A stretch of 64,000 bases of DNA from an uncultured Actinomycetota bacterium (GTDB lineage Bacteria > Actinomycetota > Actinomycetes > JAHEKZ01): positions 96,001 to 160,000 of the forward strand of contig CAVURN010000005.1 of the NCBI GenBank assembly GCA_963743915.1. The letters are read 5' to 3'. The notes beneath the pieces are model-generated. The model worked only from the letters and a program-made list of their open reading frames with translations. It was not told the origin of the DNA and did no database searches. A program made the position numbers and the translations under genes. Of this stretch, positions 54,557 to 64,000 are shown piece by piece; the stretch's first letter is position 1; the number at the start of each line of letters is the position of its first letter.

Positions 54557-57500
54557 CCGACAACGTGCGGCGTCCAGTGGCTGGCCAGCGGCCTCGAAGA
54601 GACGCACGGCCTCGACGAGCATCTGCCGCGCTTCCTCCGCACGACCCTCGGCTCGTGCGAGGTGCGCGCGAGCCTGCAGCAGGGCCGCCTGCCACGACGT
54701 GCCTTCCCACAGCTGGGCGGAGGTCTCCGCGCTTGCCAGGTAGGTCCGTGCCCGGTCGAGGTCGTCGGTGGCGATGCACGCGCGCGCTGCCGGCAGGTCG
54801 AGCATGATCGTGCAGAAATGGCAGTCATCCTCGCTCGACAGCGTCGCCTCGGCGCGGTCGACAACGGCTCGTGCCGCCTCGGCACTGGGGGCGGCCTCGA
54901 TCATGCATCCATAGATGCGCTGCAGCAGGTGGTTCCCGATCGGGGACCACCGTGCCAGGGGCAGAGCCCGCAGCAGCAATGAATTGGCCGTGTCCCGGTC
55001 TCCGCGCACCAGGTGCAGCTCGGCCAGCCGCTGCAGCGAGTGCGCCTCCCCCGCCGCCGACCCGAGGTCATGATGGAGATCACCGGACTCGAGCAGCTCG
55101 TGCTCCGCCAGATCGAGGTCACCCTTGAGCAGTGCGGCTTCGCCACGGAGAGCGGTCGCGAACGCGACCGCCCGCAGGACGCCGGCCTGTTGCGCGGAGA
55201 CCCGCAGCTGCTCGGCCAGATCCAGGACCTCGTCGTACGGAGTGGGGCCGTAGAGCAGGTACTCGGCGACACAGAGGTGCGAGTCGAAGATCCCCACGGC
55301 CAGCTCGGGGCGTGACATTCCGGCACGGAGCTCGGTGCGCAGTCGCTGGAACCATTCGCCGCGGCGGTGTGCGAGCAGCCCCTGGAGCGCGACGAGCTCG
55401 AAGAGCTGCCACCTGTCCCCACCCTCGAGCGTCAGCAGGGACCTGGCTTCATCGGCCGCCTCGTCCGCAGCCGGCCAGTCGGCCTGAAGGAACGCGAGGT
55501 TCCCCCTCACGAGCAGCAGCTCGACGTCGTTCTCGCTGCCGTCCAGCTCCACCTCCGACAGTGCGAGCGCGGCGGTGTCGAGGTCTCCGGTCAGGGTGGC
55601 CGCCCGCGCCAGTCGGGTGAGCAGCCGTGAACGGTTCTCGTCGTCACACGCCGCCAGCGCCGCACGATACGCGTCGACGACCCCGAGCTCACCGCACGCC
55701 AGCAGCAGATCAGCCCGCAGCTCGAGCAGCCGCGCGCGGTCGGCGTCCTCTGCGGCGACTTCGACCTTCTCCAGGGCAGTGAGGGCATCACGGTAGGCGC
55801 CGTGCGCCGCTTCGGTCTCGGCTGCGTCCAGCATCCACGGAACCGCTCCAGCCGTGTCCCCCGCCTCGACGAGGTGATGGCCGATCTGGGCCGGTGACCG
55901 ACGCAGGATCTGCAGGGCCTGCGCTGCGTCTCGGTGCGCCTCCCGTCGCTCGCGCTCTCCCATGGCGGTGAGCAGGGCATCGCGGATCAGCGGGTGGCGG
56001 AACGTGTAGCCGCTTCGGGTGCGTCGGATCACCCGTTGTGTGATCCCCTCGTCGATCACCGCGAAGACGTCGGCGTCCGGGATCTCGGCCAGGGCCGCGA
56101 GCTCGTCGGTGTCGAACGACCCGCCGAGCACCGCCGCCCGTCCGAACGCGTTCGACGCGGTGGCCGACAGCCCCGACGTCAGGCGCAGCACCGGATCGGC
56201 GACATCGGGGTCCACATTCCAGGCGGAGGCCAGCTCAACCACGACGAAGGGGACACCGCCGGACTTCTGGAAGATCGCCTCCAGCACCGTCTCGTCAGCG
56301 TTCGGCGCGAGCTGGGAGGCCAGTCGCACGGTCTCGTCTCGTCCGAGTGGAGTCAGCTCGATCATCACCGCACGGTGGCGAGCGCTGACGTTCGACCGCA
56401 GCTCGGCCAGGCTGCCCGCGTCGACCGGTCGATGGCCCAACGCGATGAGCGCCGGAACGCCCACGATGCTCCGGGAGAGGTAGTGCAGCAGCCGGTAGGT
56501 GGCCTCGTCCGCGCTCTCGGCCTGGTCGACGGCCAGGACGACCCCCCGGTCTTCAGCGGCCAGGCGCACCAGCTCCGCGGCGGCGACGAACAGCCTCTGG
56601 TGGGCGCCCTGTCCGTCCCACGCCGTCCGCTGCCCAGAGATCGCCTCGCTGATCTCCGCCCGTAACGGGGGTGCCAGAGCCTCCAGCAGCGACGGGTCGC
56701 GTCGACACAGCTCCGACAGCGCCTCGAGGACGGGGGCGTACGGCCACTCCCCCTCGACCCGTGCTGCTACGCCGACGCCGACCCGCATGCCGGCACGGGA
56801 TGCGCGGTCGGTCACGCACCGCAGGACGGACGTCGTCCCCAGACCCTCGTGGCCGCTGACGAAGAGTGTCTGTCCCTCTCCGCGCCGAACGGACGCCAAG
56901 AGCTGCTCGACCACACGGACCTCCGACTCGCGACCGGTCAGGTCGGGCTCAGCCGGCGTCGAGCCCGGCGGGTCAGCCGTAGCCAGGACGAGGAGCTGCT
57001 CCCGAAGGTCGAGGACGGTGGCGCTCGGCGCGACTCCCAGCTCGTGGCTCAGTGCCAGCTCGAGGCGCTCGAGCTCGCGCAGCGCAGCGCGCGGGTCGCC
57101 TGCGTCGGCGAGCGACTCGGCCAGCAGGACATGGGCCTCCTCATCGGCCGGTTCGGCCACCGCCAGGTCGCGCCAGCGTTCGGCAAGGCGCAGCGCGTCC
57201 AGATACAGCCGGCGCAGCCGCTCGCGAGGCTGCTCCGCCCAGGGCTCGTACGGATCCCCCGGGAGCAGCTCACCGGCATACAGGTCGGCAGCAGCTCCGG
57301 CCGCCCCTGCCTCACGAGCCGCCAGTGCGGCGGTCACCCTCGACTCGAACACCTGCGTGTCGACCTCGACCTCGACGCCGGGGAACAGGGAGACCGTGTC
57401 ACCGCCGAGGACCAGCGCCCCAGGGTCACCGAGCGCGCGGCGAGCGAAATGCGCCGCCTTGTGCAGCCGTGGCGCAGCGGTCTCCAGGTCGATGTTCGGC

Positions 57501-57673
57501 CACAGGGCGTCGACCAGCCGTTCCCGGTGCAGCGACCGACTCGGTTCCAGAGCCAGCACCTTGACCAGGGCAGCGGCCTGTCGTCGACGCCACTCTGCGT
57601 CGTCCACCGGTACGCCGTCGATCGCCACGGAGAACCCACCCAGCATGCTGATCCGCACGGTGGGAGAGCTCAC
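54533..57673 (-). CDS. SARP/BTAD-domain transcriptional regulator with AAA-like and TPR-like regions
   Basis: RISMLGGFSV...RERLVDALWP winged helix, BTAD (LYAGELLP...EPADEEAH...ELGVAPS), LTGRESE, degenerate Walker A GHEGLGTT, helical C-terminus with CHFC. Confidence 0.9.
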   Translation of the reverse strand: MSSPTVRISMLGGFSVAIDGVPVDDAEWRRRQAAALVKVLALEPSRSLHRERLVDALWPNIDLETAAPRLHKAAHFARRALGDPGALVLGGDTVSLFPGVEVEVDTQVFESRVTAALAAREAGAAGAAADLYAGELLPGDPYEPWAEQPRERLRRLYLDALRLAERWRDLAVAEPADEEAHVLLAESLADAGDPRAALRELERLELALSHELGVAPSATVLDLREQLLVLATADPPGSTPAEPDLTGRESEVRVVEQLLASVRRGEGQTLFVSGHEGLGTTSVLRCVTDRASRAGMRVGVGVAARVEGEWPYAPVLEALSELCRRDPSLLEALAPPLRAEISEAISGQRTAWDGQGAHQRLFVAAAELVRLAAEDRGVVLAVDQAESADEATYRLLHYLSRSIVGVPALIALGHRPVDAGSLAELRSNVSARHRAVMIELTPLGRDETVRLASQLAPNADETVLEAIFQKSGGVPFVVVELASAWNVDPDVADPVLRLTSGLSATASNAFGRAAVLGGSFDTDELAALAEIPDADVFAVIDEGITQRVIRRTRSGYTFRHPLIRDALLTAMGERERREAHRDAAQALQILRRSPAQIGHHLVEAGDTAGAVPWMLDAAETEAAHGAYRDALTALEKVEVAAEDADRARLLELRADLLLACGELGVVDAYRAALAACDDENRSRLLTRLARAATLTGDLDTAALALSEVELDGSENDVELLLVRGNLAFLQADWPAADEAADEARSLLTLEGGDRWQLFELVALQGLLAHRRGEWFQRLRTELRAGMSRPELAVGIFDSHLCVAEYLLYGPTPYDEVLDLAEQLRVSAQQAGVLRAVAFATALRGEAALLKGDLDLAEHELLESGDLHHDLGSAAGEAHSLQRLAELHLVRGDRDTANSLLLRALPLARWSPIGNHLLQRIYGCMIEAAPSAEAARAVVDRAEATLSSEDDCHFCTIMLDLPAARACIATDDLDRARTYLASAETSAQLWEGTSWQAALLQARAHLARAEGRAEEARQMLVEAVRLFEAAGQPLDAARCRSEIDTAA

Positions 57674-57730
57674 GGGGCCTCCGATCACGGACAGATGCTG
57701 CAAACGTCGTCGCATCCCCCATCGATCATG

Positions 57731-57785
57731 ACGGCGGGCCCGCGACGTGGCAACGGTTTTTGCCATGGCCGCCCGGGCCCGCCGT
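57731..57785 (-). terminator. Hairpin between the small ORF and the SARP gene
   Basis: ACGGCGGGCCCG...CGGGCCCGCCGT with inner TGGCAA/TTGCCA. Confidence 0.5.
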
Positions 57786-57797
57786 TGCCATCAGGCG

Positions 57798-58118
57798 CTA
57801 GGCAGCCGTCCGTCCCAGGCCCTCGCGCGAGACGGCGCCCGTCGAGAGCGCGAGGGCTTCGGCGCGGCTCGGGCGGTTCTCCATGGCCCGCATGACGGCG
57901 CCGAAGGCTCGCTGGCGGACCACCTGGGCCGCGGACTGGTCGAGCATGGCGGCGAGCAGGGTCGGGGACACACCTGCGCGGGCGGCGGCCTTCGCCATCC
58001 AGAGCAGGGTCTCCTCGTGCGGCCCCATGCCGTCATCGGCGATGGCGTGCGCCAGGTCGTCGGCGCCGGTCATGGCGTCCATGTCTGCCCTCATGCCCAT
58101 GGTCATGTCGTGCTTCAT
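57798..58118 (-). CDS. Small hypothetical protein with Met-rich N-terminus (106 aa)
   Basis: MKHDMTMGMRADMDAM...; GGAG RBS; downstream of a repeat/-10 promoter. Confidence 0.65.
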   Translation of the reverse strand: MKHDMTMGMRADMDAMTGADDLAHAIADDGMGPHEETLLWMAKAAARAGVSPTLLAAMLDQSAAQVVRQRAFGAVMRAMENRPSRAEALALSTGAVSREGLGRTAA

Positions 58119-58156
58119 TTCGTGCTCCGATCTCGGTTTGTGAACTGACCGGAGCG

Positions 58157-58247
58157 ACGCTAGGAACGGCGGCTTCCCGTGACCTTCCCCGGACCGGACG
58201 CACGGTCCCCTCGTGGGAAGGGCCGAGGAAGGCACCCTCCCTAGCGT
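58157..58247. promoter_or_regulatory. Second divergent promoter pair with 11-bp-spaced GGAAG repeats
   Basis: - strand: GGAAG at 58184-58188 and 58173-58177, TAGCGT 58157-58162; + strand: GGAAG 58216 and 58227, TAGCGT 58242. Confidence 0.8.
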
Positions 58248-58254
58248 CCACGGC

Positions 58255-58996
58255 ATGACGACATCGATCTCTCGCCTGTTCCACCCCGCCGCGACGTCGC
58301 GCACGATTCTCGGTGTGTGGGCCCACCCCGACGACGAGGCCTATCTGTCCGCGGCCTTCATGGCAGCGGCGGTGCGGGCCGGGCACCGGGTGGTGGTGGC
58401 GACCGCGACCCGTGGTGAGGGTGGCACGCCCGATCCCGACCTGCTGCCGCCAGAGGTCCTCGGACCGCTCCGCGAGCTTGAGCTCGCAGCCAGCCTCGAC
58501 ACCCTTGGGGTCACCGAGCACCACTGGCTCGCCGACGACCTGCGGGACGGCACTCTCGCTGACGTGCCCCTGGCGCATGGTCGTCGACTGGTGTCCGACC
58601 TGCTCGAGGAGGTCGACCCCGACCTCGTGGTCACGTTCGGCCCGGACGGCCTGACCGGCCACCCTGACCACCGAGCCGTCTCCCGCTGGGTCACCGAGGC
58701 CTGGTTCGCCAGGGGACGTCAGCGGCGACCTCTGGCATGCCGCCCTCACCGAGCAGTTCCTCGACCAGTGGGGGGAGCTGTGCGACGACCTCGGAGTCTG
58801 GATGGCACCCGACGCCCCCCGTGCTGTTCCCTCGTCCGCGGTCGTGCACCTGCAGCGGTGCGACGACGCGCTGGCAGCCCGCAAGCTCGCAGCGCTGCGC
58901 GCCCACGCGTCCCAGACGACGGGCCTCATCGCTCAGGTGGGTGAGGCCACCTTTGCTCGCTGGTGGAGCCAGGAGGCCTTCGCACCAGCGCGCTGA
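58255..58996 (+). CDS. PIG-L family deacetylase/amidase, MshB/Mca-like (frameshift near 58720)
   Basis: AHPDDE, ATRGE, GHPDH, KLAALRAHASQ. Confidence 0.88.
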
Positions 58997-59032
58997 CCTT
59001 CCGTACGCAAGACAGCATCGAAGAGACACCTC

Positions 59033-59599
59033 ATGCACCTCAGCGAAGCCCGGCAGATACTCACCGACCCCGCCTTCGACCGGACCCATCGACTGCTGCG
59101 CCTGCAGGGGCAGCGCGGTCCGGCGCTGGACCAGGCCGTTGCCTCCGGCTGGGCCATGCGACTCGGTCCCGCTCAGTGTGCGTTCTTCGGAACCCTCGCG
59201 ATCGCGATCGACGAACCGCGGGTCTTTCTCCTGCTCGCAGGCTTGTCCTCGATCGGTGTCATCACGAGTCACCACCCGGTCGAGTGGCTCTATGTCTCGT
59301 GGGCTCGGCGGTACGGCCATCCCTCTCCCCCGGGGAACAGGGCACCTCGTCGATTCGCCTGCCTGCTGGGCGCCGCGTGCTTCCTCGTTGCCGGAGTGGC
59401 GCTCAGCGCCGGGACGGGCTGGATCTTCTGGCCCACCGCCCTACTCCTCGTGCTGCTTCCGATGTACGTCGCCACCACGAACATCTGCGTGCCGTCACTT
59501 CTGTTCACGCTCGTCCTGGGGGCCGAGCGGGCGACCTGCGAATCCCTCCCGGCCGCCCTGGCGAGCGGCGGACGGATCGGGGTCTCGAAGATTCTGTAG
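59033..59599 (+). CDS. DUF4395-like membrane protein
   Basis: APRRFACLLG and NICVPS motifs with four TM segments. Confidence 0.7.
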   Translation: MHLSEARQILTDPAFDRTHRLLRLQGQRGPALDQAVASGWAMRLGPAQCAFFGTLAIAIDEPRVFLLLAGLSSIGVITSHHPVEWLYVSWARRYGHPSPPGNRAPRRFACLLGAACFLVAGVALSAGTGWIFWPTALLLVLLPMYVATTNICVPSLLFTLVLGAERATCESLPAALASGGRIGVSKIL

Positions 59600-59610
59600 C
59601 GAATCCATTC

Positions 59611-59625
59611 CTGGATCGAATCCAG
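59611..59625. promoter_or_regulatory. Probable FurA operator CTGGAT-CGA-ATCCAG
   Basis: Palindrome just upstream of -10 TAGAGT (59632) and an apparently leaderless furA ATG. Confidence 0.6.
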
Positions 59626-59643
59626 TGTTGCTAGAGTGACCCC

Positions 59644-62312
<2,669 letters not shown>

Positions 62313-62324
62313 TCGCAGGCAGCT

Positions 62325-62365
62325 GAAGAGGCGCCACGCAGCCAAGGGTTGCGTGGCGCCTCTTC
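62325..62365 (+). terminator. Terminator hairpin after katG
   Basis: GAAGAGGCGCCACGCAGCC / GGTTGCGTGGCGCCTCTTC. Confidence 0.8.
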
Positions 62366-62494
62366 CAGTCTCCGGTGCCTCGCGAAGCGCGCGACATCCG
62401 GCTCAGCGTCCGTATTGCGCGCGGTGGTGGGCTGCGACAGTCTGAGCGGCGGCGTCAGGCGACAGCCTGACCTCGACCGGTGAAGGACAGGCCC

Positions 62495-63385
62495 ATGACG
62501 GAGCAGCGACACGGCCAGCTGGCGGCCACCATCCGCGGTCTCATGCCGCAGCTGACCGAAGAGCTCCGCGAGCTCGTGGCGATCCCCTCGGTGTCCGTCG
62601 CCGGCTACCCGACGTCGACGCACGGTGCGCTGAGTGAGGCGCAGAGCTCCGTCACGAGGCTGCTGCGCGATGCCGGCTGCCAGACCGTCGACACGATCGA
62701 GCTGCCCGACACCGCCCCCGTCGTCTTCGCCGAGATCCCGGCGCCGGACCGGGGCTCCCACCGTGCTGCTCTACAGCCACTACGACGTGGTGCCCGCCGG
62801 GGACGAGTCGCTGTGGGAGACACCTCCGTTCGAGCCCACCGAGCGTGACGGCGCGCTCTACGGCCGCGGTGCGGCCGACACCAAGTCGAACATCATGGCG
62901 ATCGTCGGGGCGCTCCGCGCCTGGGACGGACGACCGCCCGTCGGCGTCAAGGTGGTCATCGAGGGCCAGGAGGAAGTGGGGGGTGGCGCCTTCACCGACC
63001 TACCCCCAGCAGGACCCCGACCGCTTCGCGTCGGACGTCATGCTGATTGCCGACCTCGGCAACGTCCGCCCGGGCGCGCCAACGCTGACCGTGGCACTGC
63101 GAGGCATGGCCAACATCGTCGTCGAGGTCCGGACCCTGGCCTCGGCCAAGCACAGCGGGATGTACGGCGGCGCCGCACCCGACGCGCTGCTCGCGCTCAT
63201 GCGGGCCCTCGTGTCGCTCCATGACGACAGCGGTGACGTCGCCGTCGCTGGACTTCGGCGGAACGAGTGGACCGGCGGCGGACCGGACGAGGCGGAGTTC
63301 CGCGAGCTCGCCGAAGTGGTCGACGGCGCACCGCTCATGGGTACCGGCACCCTCGGCTCCAGAGTCTGGACCGGGCCGGCCATCC
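62495..63385 (+). CDS. M20/M25/M40 family dipeptidase, frameshifted and truncated
   Basis: [29 protein letters not shown]; similarity ends after VWTGPAI. Confidence 0.8.
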
Positions 63386-63559
63386 CCCAAGACCCGAAAG
63401 ACAACCAGCATGGCCTCGGTCGACTCCGACGCGATCCCGACCGCTGCTCTCGGGCAGACAGACGTATCCGCCTCACTGTGGTGGCGGCGCGTGGGGCCGA
63501 CCCGACATCACCGACGTGGCGACCCGCAACCTCGACGCGAGGTTCAGCCGACCGCCTCG

Positions 63560-63960
63560 ACGGGCGCCGCGAGAGGCGCCGCTCAATGCTCAGCTGCGGC
63601 GCTGTGCGCCGGACCTCGTGCTATCCCGCTGGGGCGGTGGCGTTCAAAGGTCGGCGACATCCGCTGCGGATGGCGCCGCCTTGCCGGAGTTGCCGGTGGG
63701 TTCGGGTAACTGCTGATCACGCCACGACGCGTGCTCACCGAGATCACGAACGAGTCGATCGCGCTCGTCGATCCGACAGTCGATCGATCTGACGCGAACT
63801 TCTGGTTCGGCGTCGGATCGACGATCCTGCTGACCGTCCTGCTCGGCATCACCACGTCGCGCGTCGTCGAACGTCGGCGCGGCGCGTACGACCTCGGTGG
63901 CCCGACGCCGACAGCCGCAGATCCAGGCCGCAGACGATGCGCCGGATCATACCGACGCAG
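63560..63960 (+). pseudogene. Degraded AbgT-family transporter fragment
   Basis: Fragments GRHP, GVAGGFG, LLITP, LTEITNESIALVDP, ANFWFGVGSTILLTVLLGITTSRVVE, with many indels. Confidence 0.6.
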
Positions 63961-64000
63961 AGCGCAGGGGCTGCGATGTCGGATCTGGTTCCTGCACTGC

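Overview
High-GC DNA from an actinobacterium (phylum Actinomycetota, judged from gene content and regulatory motifs). Many housekeeping genes carry scattered single-base frameshifts, most likely sequencing or assembly indels. Content in order: GH18 glycosidase; tyrosine/homogentisate catabolism (hmgA, an uncharacterised gene coupled to fahA, hppD, Lrp); amino-acid ABC transporter; DEAD-box helicase, MFS, DUF3039, YqgE; DUF302 and thioredoxin around a CsoR-type operator; arcA; a compositionally atypical two-gene insert (Cys-rich secreted protein plus partner); pckG; an orphan P450; an Fe3+ ABC transporter with an IdeR-type box; HelD; a methylamine/sulfatase catabolic region (two GcvT-family dehydrogenases, arylsulfatase, anSME, choline-kinase-like enzyme, permease); a SARP/BTAD regulator module; furA-katG; an M20 peptidase running into degraded AbgT-like sequence. 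The most notable observation is that four promoters flanking the SARP regulator share the same layout, GGAAG-N6-GGAA(G/C)-N10-(-10 box). This defines a probable local regulon (azlCD, two small unknown ORFs, PIG-L/DUF4395) for a regulator with degenerate Walker motifs and a C-terminal CxxC. No rRNA, tRNA, CRISPR array or transposase was recognised.
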